A DNA stretch of 55,434 nt from Bacillota bacterium (GTDB taxonomy: Bacteria; Bacillota; DTU014), in NCBI GenBank assembly GCA_012719595.1, contig JAAYAB010000052.1, positions 1 to 55,434 of the forward strand. The letters run 5' to 3'. The notes below the pieces were generated by a model. It saw only the letters and a program-made list of their open reading frames with translations, was not told where the DNA came from and searched no databases. Below are positions 1 to 8,711 of this stretch, piece by piece; position 1 is the first letter of the stretch; each line of letters opens with the position of its first letter. Both the position numbers and the translations under genes were made by a program.

Positions 1-944
1 AAGTGAGCCATTCTCACCTGGTCGTCGGACGATCTCAGTGCGAGGATCGCGGCTTCGTTTGCGAGGCTCTCGAGGTGGGCGCCTGAGAACCCGTATGTCT
101 CCTCCGCAATCGCCTCGAGATCGACGTCATCGGCCAGCGGCTTGTTTCTCGTGTGTATCTGCAGGATCTTCAACCTGCCGCTCTTCTCCGGCAGATCCAC
201 CCTGACCACTCTGTCAAATCGTCCAGGGCGCAACAGCGCCGGATCGAGGAGATCCACCCTGTTCGTGGCCCCGATCACGAGCACGCGAGCACCGTCGTTC
301 GAGTTGATACCGTCCATCTCGACAAGGAGCTGGTTCAGAGTCTGGTCGTATTCGAGGTGGCTGAAGTTCTTGCCTCTCTGTCCTCCCAGCACGTCGATCT
401 CGTCTATGAATATCACGGCCTTGCCGTTGCCCCTCATCGCCTTCTGGCGGGCTTTGCTGAAAACCTGCCTCACTCTCTTGGCGCCGACACCAGCGTAGAC
501 CTCGACGAATTCACTGCCGCTCACGGATATGAACACAGAACCGGTGTAGTTCGCAGCAGCTTTCGCCAGCATCGTCTTTCCGGTGCCGGGAGGACCGATC
601 AGTAGAAGGCCTTTGAGCGGCCGTATACCGAGTTCTGTCGTCTTCTTGAGGTCGCCCATGAAGTCCAGACCTTCGCACACCTCGCGCTTGGCGCTTTCCT
701 GTCCTCCGATGTCATCAAATCCGATGCTCGGAATGTCTCCGGACGAGGCGCTCTGGAGCCCGTTGAGGCTCTGCGCGCCCGGCCTGCTGCCGAACAGCAG
801 ATAGACCATGACTGCGAGCCCTCCGACGAGGAAAAACGGCCCTACGCTCACCCCTTCGAGGACCAGCAGCGCGAGAACTGCACAGCCCACCCCTATCACG
901 ATCTCTATCAGCATGCTGCCAAAAAGGCGCCGAAGTCCTCTCAT
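1..944 (-). CDS. FtsH-family AAA+ ATPase with a short N-terminal membrane hairpin; the 3' end runs off the window, so the protease domain is not visible
   Basis: Absent from the ORF track because it has no stop in the window. Hand translation from ATG 944-942 gives MRGLRRLFGSMLIEIVIGVGCAVLALLVLEG... It has Walker A GPPGTGKT, Walker B VIFIDEID, the FtsH-like QTLNQLLVEMDG, and the SRH ATNRVDLLDPALLRPGRFD. Confidence 0.8.
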   Translation of the reverse strand, partial: MRGLRRLFGSMLIEIVIGVGCAVLALLVLEGVSVGPFFLVGGLAVMVYLLFGSRPGAQSLNGLQSASSGDIPSIGFDDIGGQESAKREVCEGLDFMGDLKKTTELGIRPLKGLLLIGPPGTGKTMLAKAAANYTGSVFISVSGSEFVEVYAGVGAKRVRQVFSKARQKAMRGNGKAVIFIDEIDVLGGQRGKNFSHLEYDQTLNQLLVEMDGINSNDGARVLVIGATNRVDLLDPALLRPGRFDRVVRVDLPEKSGRLKILQIHTRNKPLADDVDLEAIAEETYGFSGAHLESLANEAAILALRSSDDQVRMAH

Positions 945-1489
945 GGTCCTTCGAACCTCACTGTCGAATATGAGTCACCTGCGATGTCGCCGCCTACAGA
1001 CTCGTACATGAAGTGGCTGCCGCGCTTGATGAGAACCACCGCCGACCCGTTCGACACCCACGCCTTGATGGAGTCAAGCTGCTCCCGATCAGAGAGGGCA
1101 TTGAGTTCGCGCTGCATCGACAAGTAATCGCCGGTGGCAAGCCCTTGGTTGACCGCAAGGTGAGCGCTGTAGAAGAGCTCCTCGAGCTCAGGGGTGCGAG
1201 CATCGACGACCCTGATCAGTCGGTAGCGGTCGCCTGCGATCTCAGAAACCCGCTCGAGCAGATCTCTCAGGCGCGCGGGCATCGCGTCTGACCAGTGGGA
1301 GTAGATCACCAGCTCGCTCCTTCGGCTGTCCAGCACGTGTCTGTCAATCCACTGTTCTGACTCGAGCATCTCGTCCAGAGGGTTATCTACGTTGACAGCT
1401 CGCTCGTACTCCCTCGCATACACGAGTCCAGATAGGGCAAGAGCGAACACGACAAAAACGGCCAGTATGTTGACACCAAAGACCCTCAA
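941..1489 (-). CDS. hypothetical membrane-anchored protein (N-terminal TM helix plus a ~150-aa soluble domain)
   Basis: 182-aa ORF with a TTG start preceded by GGAGGTG 5 nt upstream. N-terminal hydrophobic segment NILAVFVVFALALSGLV. Its TGA overlaps the ATG of the downstream AAA+ gene (ATGA). I recognise no family. Confidence 0.6.
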   Translation of the reverse strand: MRVFGVNILAVFVVFALALSGLVYAREYERAVNVDNPLDEMLESEQWIDRHVLDSRRSELVIYSHWSDAMPARLRDLLERVSEIAGDRYRLIRVVDARTPELEELFYSAHLAVNQGLATGDYLSMQRELNALSDREQLDSIKAWVSNGSAVVLIKRGSHFMYESVGGDIAGDSYSTVRFEGP

Positions 1490-1588
1490 CGCGCCACCTC
1501 CAGTCTGCTGCCCAACCTGACCGTCCGATCAGGTTGCAGAACGATTGACTCGTCGAGCCTTTCGCGCACCGAGTGTCTTACAATACGC

Positions 1589-1617
1589 AGTATAACGTAG
1601 TTTAGCTGGTATTTCGA
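1589..1617 (-). promoter_or_regulatory. weak sigma-A-type promoter candidate for the membrane-protein / AAA+ operon
   Basis: Minus strand reads TCGAAA (1617-1612), 17 nt, then TATACT (1594-1589). It is followed by a perfect 8-bp hairpin CAACCUGA/UCAGGUUG (1536-1513) just upstream of the GGAGGTG RBS. Confidence 0.3.
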
Positions 1618-1772
1618 CGGCTTGGAGGGCCTATCCTCCCGGGTGGGATGACACTTTCGGGTCTGGATGGGAGGGAGTTCCTGAGGGCGCGCAAGACATC
1701 AGACATTGCAGATTCTTACATAGACCTGATCGCTTCAGTCTGTCGTCTCCTCGGAGCATGACATTTCGTTTG

Positions 1773-2453
1773 CTATCTGCTCACCCGTCTGTGAGCCTCA
1801 GCTGACGAACGAAGTCTGGCAACTGCCTCTGCGGGGTCGCCAGCCTCGAACACTGCCGTTCCTGCCACGATCACATCTGCGCCCGCAGCAGCGAAGTCGT
1901 GGACATTTTCGAGAGTGACGCCGCCGTCCACCTCGATGTCAAAGGACAGCCCGAGCGACTCTCTCAGTTCCGCGAGTTCTGTGACCTTCCTGAGCGTCTC
2001 CGGAATGAGCGTTTGCCCGCCGTATCCGGGATTCACAGTCATCACCAGGACCATCGACACTGCGCTCAGAACCTCGCGAGCCACCAGCACCGGCGTCCCA
2101 GGGTTCAGCGCAACCGCCGCACGGCAGTTGAGGCCCTGTATGGTCTGCAGCAGGCGATGCAGTCGAGGAAGCAGCTCAGCGTGAACCGTTATGCTGTCCG
2201 CGCCCGCCTCTGCGAAGCTCAGGATGAGGTTCTCGGGCGACTCTACCATCAGATGGACGTCGAGGAACCGATCGGTCTCACGGCGGAGAGCCTGCACCAG
2301 CGAGGGGCCGAACGTGACGTTCGGGACAAATCTGCCGTCCATCACGTCCACATGCAGATAGTCTGCATTCGCAGCACGAGCTACGTCTCGAGCGATGTTC
2401 AACGGGTCCGCGGCCAGAATCGATGCAGCGATCTTGATCACAGCGGCGTTCAC
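1773..2453 (-). CDS. rpe: ribulose-phosphate 3-epimerase
   Basis: 226 aa. Motifs LHVDVMDGRFVPN, VHLMV, MTVNPGYGGQ and VDGGV are typical of Rpe. Sits in the rsgA-rpe synteny. Confidence 0.95.
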   Translation of the reverse strand: MNAAVIKIAASILAADPLNIARDVARAANADYLHVDVMDGRFVPNVTFGPSLVQALRRETDRFLDVHLMVESPENLILSFAEAGADSITVHAELLPRLHRLLQTIQGLNCRAAVALNPGTPVLVAREVLSAVSMVLVMTVNPGYGGQTLIPETLRKVTELAELRESLGLSFDIEVDGGVTLENVHDFAAAGADVIVAGTAVFEAGDPAEAVARLRSSAEAHRRVSR

Positions 2454-3322
2454 CTCTGGTACGACTCGATCTCTCTGAGCAGCTCCAGGTAGTTCTCGTA
2501 GCGGGTCTCGCTGATCCTGCCGTCGGCTACAGCATCTTTGATTTCACACCCCGGTTCGTCTCTGTGCAGGCACGAGCTGAACCTGCATGTCCGGGCTAGC
2601 TTCTCGAACCCGGGGAACAACACCCTGAGCTCATCGGGACGGATATCGCCGAGTCGCAGGTAGGAAAAGCCGGGAGAATCGGCGATCAGCCCGCCTGAAG
2701 GAAGCGGCACGAGTTGAACGAACCTGGTAGTGTGCTTTCCTCGGCGGGTCTTGCGGCTGACCTCACCGACCACCGCGTCGACGCCGGGACACAGCGCTTT
2801 GAGCAGAGCCGACTTGCCGGTTCCCGATGGTCCTGCGAGCACACACGTAGTTCCGGACAGCCTGAGCGCCAGCTCGTCTACTCCCTGGCCGTATATGGCG
2901 GCAGTGGTCAGCACGTCGAGACCGGCTCGTCGGTACATGTGCGACAGCGAGTCGACCTCTGAGCGGTCTGCAAGATCGATCTTGTTGATGCAGAGAACCG
3001 TCTCCAGCCCGGCATGGGCTATGACGGTCAAATATCGATCTATTAGGAACGGTGAAGGATCCGGATCGCGGGCTGCCACAACGACGACTGCGAGTTCCAC
3101 GTTTGCGATTCTGGGTCTGTGCAGTTCGACCTTTCTGTCGAGGACTCTCTCTATGACGGCTGTCCCCTCACCGGTCATCGTCACCTCGACTGTGTCGCCG
3201 ACAATGATCTCGCCCTCGGTAAGCCTGAGTTTACCTCTGGGTCTGCAGGTCAGGGATCCGGATTCTGTGAGCACAAAGAAGAAGCCTCCATATGCTCGTA
3301 TCACGGTTCCTCGACTCTGCAT
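2450..3322 (-). CDS. rsgA: ribosome small-subunit-dependent GTPase A
   Basis: N-terminal OB segment GTVIRAYGGFFFV, G4 NKIDL, G1 GPSGTGKS, and the C-terminal zinc motif CRFSSCLHRDEPGC. ATG 3322 follows a strong RBS (AGGAGGGG). The upstream TTG at 3358 has no RBS. Confidence 0.9.
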   Translation of the reverse strand: MQSRGTVIRAYGGFFFVLTESGSLTCRPRGKLRLTEGEIIVGDTVEVTMTGEGTAVIERVLDRKVELHRPRIANVELAVVVVAARDPDPSPFLIDRYLTVIAHAGLETVLCINKIDLADRSEVDSLSHMYRRAGLDVLTTAAIYGQGVDELALRLSGTTCVLAGPSGTGKSALLKALCPGVDAVVGEVSRKTRRGKHTTRFVQLVPLPSGGLIADSPGFSYLRLGDIRPDELRVLFPGFEKLARTCRFSSCLHRDEPGCEIKDAVADGRISETRYENYLELLREIESYQR

Positions 3323-3367
3323 GCCACCCCTCCTGAATGTCGGCCCGCGCCGGCTCAACGTGCCGCG

Positions 3368-5422
3368 CTAGTTGACTGTGCCCTTCTGCTCGAGCACGAC
3401 CACTCCGTCTTGACACACCTGAATCGTCCAGTCGCCGTGAACCAGGATCGGCTGCACCACCACGTCGCCAGGCTTGTGCCATCTGGTATACGGAATCGTC
3501 GTCCCGTAGAAGTCCTTGACTCTGATCTCTATCAGTTGAGCGATCGCAGGCTCTCCGTCGTTTGCACCTTCGGGCCCCGCGACGGTATAGGTGACCTTCT
3601 GATATGCGGCCGGGACCGCAGACTCCCTTGTGCCGCCCGCCGCCCCAACTGCCTTCGCGATAGTGAGGACGACTGCCATGCCCGGCTGCACTTCCTCACC
3701 CGGCTCAGGTTTCTGGCTGGATACCGTGCCGTCCGGATAGACACGGTTTATCTCATACTCGTGAGTTACCTCCAGGCCGGATTCCTCGAGAAGCTGTGTG
3801 GCGTACTCGGCAGTCAATCCTATGACGCTCGGCACTACCACGGACTCGGGGCGGGGACCGCTGCTGAAGAGCAGCCTTACGCCGGAGTTGTACGCCACAG
3901 TGCGCGACGACTCAGGCTCCTGCGCGATGACACGGCCTCTCGGCACACTGTCATTATACTCATACTCGTAAGCCTCGATTGACAGTCCTTTCTCGTTGAG
4001 CGCTACCTCCGCATCCCGCCTAGTCATCCCAAGGACGTTTGGCACGCTTGTCAGTTTGATCCCGTTGCTGATGGTCAGCTTGATGCTGTTGCCCCTCTTG
4101 AGCAGAGTCCCGGGCGCAGGGCTCTGGGCGAGCACATGGTCCACTTCGATTCTGTCGTTGTACTCCCTATTGAGGATCTCTATCTTGAGACCCAGCGCGC
4201 TTGCCAGGCGTTCCGCCTCGCTTCGATGCTTGGCCACCAGATCCGGCGCGCTGACTTCTGGAATCTCGAAGAAACTCCTGAGTGCATATGCAGCCGCAAA
4301 GCCGATCGCAAGGAATCCCAGCATCGCGAATATGAACAGCACAGCCCTGCGCAACGATCCCTTTCCGGCCTGCGTCTTACTAGGCTTGTCCGACCGGACA
4401 GCGGCGGCAGGGGCCGCACCCTCAATCGCAGGCGAGGCCTCCACTGCACTTCGCCGCTCGGCCAGCGCCTGGCGCACCGACCTGTCGACCTGGCCTTCGA
4501 GACCCAGATCGATCGTCCGCGCCTCCTGCTCTGTGTCCATAGGCTCGTCGGACTCTGCTGCCCGGACATCCCTTGCCCCTCTAACCATGCGCTCGAGACT
4601 CTCGTCCGGAGGCTCGATCGACCGCAGGTCCTCGAGCATCGCCAATGCCGTGACATACCTGTCTCGCGGATCCTTGGCAATCGCCTTCAGGACGACTCGC
4701 TCGAGGGTCCTCGGGATAGCTGGATTGATCCGGCTCGGAAGCCGTGGCTCATCCTGGATGTGCTGAAGAGCGACAGATATTGCGCTGTCGCCTCTGAACG
4801 GGACGCGTCCGGTGAGCATTTCGTACATCACTATGCCGAGGGAGTATATGTCTGACTGAGGTCCGATATCCTTTCCCTTCGCCTGCTCCGGGGAGAAGTA
4901 CGCAACAGTGCCCATGATCACTCCGGCTTCCGTCAGACTGCCCGCGTTCGTCGCACGGGCTATGCCGAAGTCGGTGACCTTTATGTCTCCCTCGTCTGTC
5001 ACTATGATGTTGTGCGGTTTGATATCTCTGTGGACAATTGAGTTCGAATGGGCGTGGTCCAATGCGAGCAGGATCTGACAGCTGTATGCTATCGCATCGC
5101 GGATGCGGAGAGGTGCCCCCCTCTTTACTATGTCCTTAAGGGTTCTTCCTCGCACGTATTCCATGACAATGTAGTGGCTTCCATTGTCAGTCCCAACATC
5201 GTACACGTTGACGACGTTGGGGTGGCTCAGGCTCGCCGCAGACTGCGCCTCTCTCCTGAAACGCTCGACGAAGTCAGAATCGCTCCCGTACTGGGCCTTC
5301 AGGACTTTGACCGCTACGATGCGATTGAGCAGAGTGCACTGAGCCTTGTAGACGACGGCCATTCCGCCCTCGCCAATTTTATCTATTACCCTGTACCTGC
5401 CACCCAACAGGCGTCCAACCAT
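3368..5422 (-). CDS. prkC: Ser/Thr protein kinase with extracellular PASTA repeats
   Basis: Hanks kinase motifs GEGGMAVVYKA, HRDIKPHN, DFGIA and SPEQ. One TM helix (AVLFIFAMLGFLAIGFAAAYAL), then three PASTA-like repeats and a C-terminal domain. AAGGTGA RBS lies before ATG 5422. Confidence 0.9.
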   Translation of the reverse strand: MVGRLLGGRYRVIDKIGEGGMAVVYKAQCTLLNRIVAVKVLKAQYGSDSDFVERFRREAQSAASLSHPNVVNVYDVGTDNGSHYIVMEYVRGRTLKDIVKRGAPLRIRDAIAYSCQILLALDHAHSNSIVHRDIKPHNIIVTDEGDIKVTDFGIARATNAGSLTEAGVIMGTVAYFSPEQAKGKDIGPQSDIYSLGIVMYEMLTGRVPFRGDSAISVALQHIQDEPRLPSRINPAIPRTLERVVLKAIAKDPRDRYVTALAMLEDLRSIEPPDESLERMVRGARDVRAAESDEPMDTEQEARTIDLGLEGQVDRSVRQALAERRSAVEASPAIEGAAPAAAVRSDKPSKTQAGKGSLRRAVLFIFAMLGFLAIGFAAAYALRSFFEIPEVSAPDLVAKHRSEAERLASALGLKIEILNREYNDRIEVDHVLAQSPAPGTLLKRGNSIKLTISNGIKLTSVPNVLGMTRRDAEVALNEKGLSIEAYEYEYNDSVPRGRVIAQEPESSRTVAYNSGVRLLFSSGPRPESVVVPSVIGLTAEYATQLLEESGLEVTHEYEINRVYPDGTVSSQKPEPGEEVQPGMAVVLTIAKAVGAAGGTRESAVPAAYQKVTYTVAGPEGANDGEPAIAQLIEIRVKDFYGTTIPYTRWHKPGDVVVQPILVHGDWTIQVCQDGVVVLEQKGTVN

Positions 5423-5441
5423 CAAGCGTCACCTTTCGCCT

Positions 5442-6167
5442 TCACGGCTCGACCCGTCCTACGATCGCGGTTACGTTGTCATATCCACCTCGCTCAAGCG
5501 CCTTTGACACCAGCATGTCCGCAACCACCTGAGGGCAGTCGTCGGGAGCCGCGGACCGCGTCGCCTCCGTGATCATCGCCAGTATCTCTTTCCGTGTAAC
5601 CAGACTGCTGAGTCCGTCGGTGCATACGACAACAACATCGGATGGCCGGACCTTGGTCCTGACCACGTCGATTCTGAGGTCTCCCTCCACCCCGATAGCG
5701 CTCGTGATCACGTTGCGGCTGTGATGCCGCATTGCCTCTTCTTCAGTAATCGTGCCAGCAGACACAAGAGTCTGAACAAGAGAGTGATCCTCAGTCAGCT
5801 GCTTTATCCGGCCTCCACTCGCGACGTAGGCCCGGCTGTCTCCGACATGGACGACAACCAGCTCGACATCCACCAGTGCTGCAAGAGTGAGCGTCGTTCC
5901 CATGCCCCTGTAGCGGCGGTCAAGGCGGGCGGCGTCCAGCACCGTGCGGTTGATCTGGACGACCAGGTCGCGCCATCCGGAGTCAGTCGAGGGCATGGAT
6001 TCGAGCGCATCGAGCACATCCATTGCCATCTTGCTGGCTACCTCTCCGGCTCGGTGTCCTCCCATGCCGTCGGCCACAGCCAGGCAACGATCACTCACGA
6101 AGAACGCGTCTTCGTTGGTTTCTCTGACCAATCCTCGGTCGCTCTGGTGACCTATTACAAACCTCAT
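5442..6167 (-). CDS. prpC: PP2C-family Ser/Thr phosphatase
   Basis: Motifs RETNEDAF, VADGMGGH and TDGL, with DN at the C-terminus. Sits directly upstream of prkC. ATG 6167 follows GAGGGGA. Confidence 0.9.
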   Translation of the reverse strand: MRFVIGHQSDRGLVRETNEDAFFVSDRCLAVADGMGGHRAGEVASKMAMDVLDALESMPSTDSGWRDLVVQINRTVLDAARLDRRYRGMGTTLTLAALVDVELVVVHVGDSRAYVASGGRIKQLTEDHSLVQTLVSAGTITEEEAMRHHSRNVITSAIGVEGDLRIDVVRTKVRPSDVVVVCTDGLSSLVTRKEILAMITEATRSAAPDDCPQVVADMLVSKALERGGYDNVTAIVGRVEP

Positions 6168-6259
6168 TCCCGTTCCCCTCAACCCAGAACGAGTTACCGG
6201 CCACTCCAGCAAAGCGGCACAACGACCATTTCTATCTTAGCGTTTTTGAGATACGCCAG

Positions 6260-7297
6260 TCAAGGTTCGGCGAGCCTGCGGCGCAGCTGACCGCACGCGG
6301 CGTCTATGTCAAGGCCGAGTTCGCGCCTCACAGTCACCTCGATTCGTTCTTCAGCGAGGACTGCGGCAAACTCGTCCCGGCGGACGCTCCTCGACATCGA
6401 GACTCCTTCGACCGGGTTCAGCGGTATCAGGTTCACATGGCACTTCATGCCCCGGACGAGCCTCGCCAGCTGCCGCGCACATTCGAGCGAATCGTTGACA
6501 TCTTGTATGAGCGCGTATTCGAACGTTATCCGCCTTCCCGTCGTGCTCACATAGGCATCGGCTGCTTCGATCAGAGCTGCTAGCGGATAGGCTCGGTTCA
6601 GCGGCACCAACCTGTCCCTGAGCGAGTCGGTGGCCGCGTGCAGGGAAATCGCGAGGGTGATCGGAAGCCTCAGAGCCGCCAAATCCAGGATTCGCGGAAC
6701 CAGCCCGGCGGTCGATACAGTCATGTGCCTGTAGCTCAAGCCCAGCCTCTCTCGATCATGCGCCAGGTCCAGGAACCTCACCAAGTTGTCGAAGTTGTCG
6801 AGCGGCTCGCCCATCCCCATCACAACTAGGCTCGAGACTCTGCCACTCCCCGCCAGACTCCTGTTCGCGCAGAGAACCTGAGCGAGCATCTCTCCTGCAG
6901 ACAGGTTTCTCACGAATCCGCCTGCTCCCGAAGCACAGAACGGACATCCCACCTTGCACCCGACCTGAGACGAGACGCATACGGAGTACCCGAATTTGTA
7001 CAGCATCCGCACTGTCTCAATCTTCTGACCGTCTTGGAGAGCGATCAGCAGCTTCGCAGTCGAGCCGTCTGACGATTCGCTGACAGCCAGCACTCGGCTT
7101 CCTTCGACGTGAAACGAGCCTTGCAGCTCCTCTCTCAGGTTCTGCGGCAAATTGGTCATCTCGTTGAAATCCGTGACCAGCTGTTGAAACACCCAAGAGA
7201 GTACCTGTTTTCTCCTGTACGAAGGATGACCTCTTGCCTGCAGCCAGGCATCGAGCTCGCAGTTGCTGAGGTTCAGGATGTCCACAGTCTGCCCCAT
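6260..7297 (-). CDS. rlmN: 23S rRNA / tRNA (adenine-C2)-methyltransferase, radical SAM
   Basis: Radical-SAM cluster motif CKVGCPFCASG. The N-terminus matches YRRKQVLSWVF, and GMGEPL is present. ATG 7297 is preceded by AGGAG at 8 nt. The ORF-track start at 7333 is a GTG without an RBS. Confidence 0.92.
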   Translation of the reverse strand: MGQTVDILNLSNCELDAWLQARGHPSYRRKQVLSWVFQQLVTDFNEMTNLPQNLREELQGSFHVEGSRVLAVSESSDGSTAKLLIALQDGQKIETVRMLYKFGYSVCVSSQVGCKVGCPFCASGAGGFVRNLSAGEMLAQVLCANRSLAGSGRVSSLVVMGMGEPLDNFDNLVRFLDLAHDRERLGLSYRHMTVSTAGLVPRILDLAALRLPITLAISLHAATDSLRDRLVPLNRAYPLAALIEAADAYVSTTGRRITFEYALIQDVNDSLECARQLARLVRGMKCHVNLIPLNPVEGVSMSRSVRRDEFAAVLAEERIEVTVRRELGLDIDAACGQLRRRLAEP

Positions 7298-7332
7298 CGG
7301 CACGGCTCCTGGTTCCGCTTCCGCAGAGACCA

Positions 7333-7650
7333 CTACAGAAGGCTGTCGAGCCGCTTCTGCAGTTCCGCCTTGGAGCGGACGCCAACCAGTTTGTCCACTA
7401 CCTGTCCGTTCTTGAAGAAGATCAGGGTCGGTATACTCATGACGCCGTACTGGGAAGCGGTCACGGGATTATTGTCGACGTCGAGTTTCCCGATCTTGAC
7501 CTTGTCGTTCTCATTCGCAAGCTCGGATATTATAGGGCTCATCATCCTGCACGGAGCGCACCATTGAGCCCAGAAATCCACCAACACGGGCTGCGTCGAT
7601 TGCAGGACCTCCCGCTCGAAATTCGTGTCGTTGAGTTCTACTTCAGCCAT
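7333..7650 (-). CDS. trxA: thioredoxin (active site WCAPC)
   Basis: 105 aa with thioredoxin-fold motifs VLVDFWAQWCAPCRMM and IPTLIFFKNG. Confidence 0.9.
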   Translation of the reverse strand: MAEVELNDTNFEREVLQSTQPVLVDFWAQWCAPCRMMSPIISELANENDKVKIGKLDVDNNPVTASQYGVMSIPTLIFFKNGQVVDKLVGVRSKAELQKRLDSLL

Positions 7651-7826
7651 GCCGTTCAGCCCCTTCTTGTACGTAGTTTGCCCAACCAGTCAATTCACCA
7701 ACCGCATACAGTCTATCCTGAGTCCCTGCAAACAACGTCCGCCACCCGCCCGAGCCACCAGTTGGGTCCAGACGACGTGACGGACAGGAAAACACGGGAC
7801 GCGAGTTTAGTCCAATCGGAGGAGTG

Positions 7827-8099
7827 TCACGACACAGCGTCCTTCAAAGACTTGCCCGGCTTGAAGACAGGCACTGTCGTCTCGGGAATGTTGATGTCTT
7901 CTCCAGTCTGAGGATTCCTTCCGACCCGGGCAGGCCGCCTCCTGACAACGAAAGTCCCGAAGCCCACGAGCTGCACCTTGTCACCCTTGGCAAGTGCTGC
8001 CTCGATGGTTGAGAACACTGAGTTCACGACTCGTTCCACGTCTTTTTTCTTGAGGTCAACATTTTCAGCAACCGCAGAGATCAAGTCCGCCTTCGTCAC
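7827..8099 (-). CDS. hup: HU-family DNA-binding protein
   Basis: 90 aa with motifs [20 protein letters not shown] and PVFKPGK. GTG start follows a GAGGAGGGG RBS. Confidence 0.92.
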   Translation of the reverse strand: MTKADLISAVAENVDLKKKDVERVVNSVFSTIEAALAKGDKVQLVGFGTFVVRRRPARVGRNPQTGEDINIPETTVPVFKPGKSLKDAVS

Positions 8100-8215
8100 T
8101 GCAACCCCTCCTCAGTAGTCAGTCACCTGTGTCAACCCTGACGGATAACGTATTCGTGCAGTCCGTTGCCTTTCCTCTTTTGCCGCTGCCGCTCGACAGT
8201 TCCCGCGGCCCGCTG

Positions 8216-8710
8216 TCATTGCGGGCTCACAGGCTCGTGCAGCCCGGACACTTGCAACAGCGGCTCTGCAGGCAAGGTCGACAGGCTGCCGGCCGCAGGC
8301 TGTGCTTTGTACACCAGGAAGTAGTACAGCACTGCGGCTGCAACCACCAGCAGAAGCGCTGCGACAACTGCGATCAGCAGCTTGCGCGGCTTTCGCGCCT
8401 CAACGACCAGGATCTCCGTCTTCCTGCCTCCCAGTGCGCCGTCGTCGACAGGGGTCTCTGCGCCCCGCGACTCGAGGTAACGCCTGATTACCGCAGCCGG
8501 ATCCAGCCCAACAGCAACCGCGTAGTTGCGAATAAAGCCCTTGAGCTGGACCTCACCGGGCATCTCGCTCGCGTCGCCGTTCTCGATCGCCTCGAGGTAT
8601 TTGCGGCGTATCCTCGTTACCTGCTCAACGTCTTCCAGGGTCATGCCTTTCGCTTCTCTGGCATTCCTGAGGAACTCGCCGATCTCCCGCAACTTGCTCG
8701 CCTCCAACAC
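8216..8710 (-). CDS. RodZ-like membrane protein with an XRE-type helix-turn-helix
   Basis: N-terminal HTH (LRNAREAKGMTLEDVEQVTRIRRKYLEAIENG), then one TM helix (LLIAVVAALLLVVAAAVLYYFLV). The true start may be TTG 8692, which has GGAGG 8 nt upstream. Confidence 0.65.
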   Translation of the reverse strand: MLEASKLREIGEFLRNAREAKGMTLEDVEQVTRIRRKYLEAIENGDASEMPGEVQLKGFIRNYAVAVGLDPAAVIRRYLESRGAETPVDDGALGGRKTEILVVEARKPRKLLIAVVAALLLVVAAAVLYYFLVYKAQPAAGSLSTLPAEPLLQVSGLHEPVSPQ

Positions 8711-8711
8711 T

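Noticed and set aside
1561-1590. A plus-strand TTGACT ... TACAAT pair in the rpe-downstream spacer as a promoter for an antisense or small RNA.
   Set aside because: The hexamers are 28 nt apart, far outside the 16-18-nt window, and nothing coding or terminator-like follows on the plus strand.
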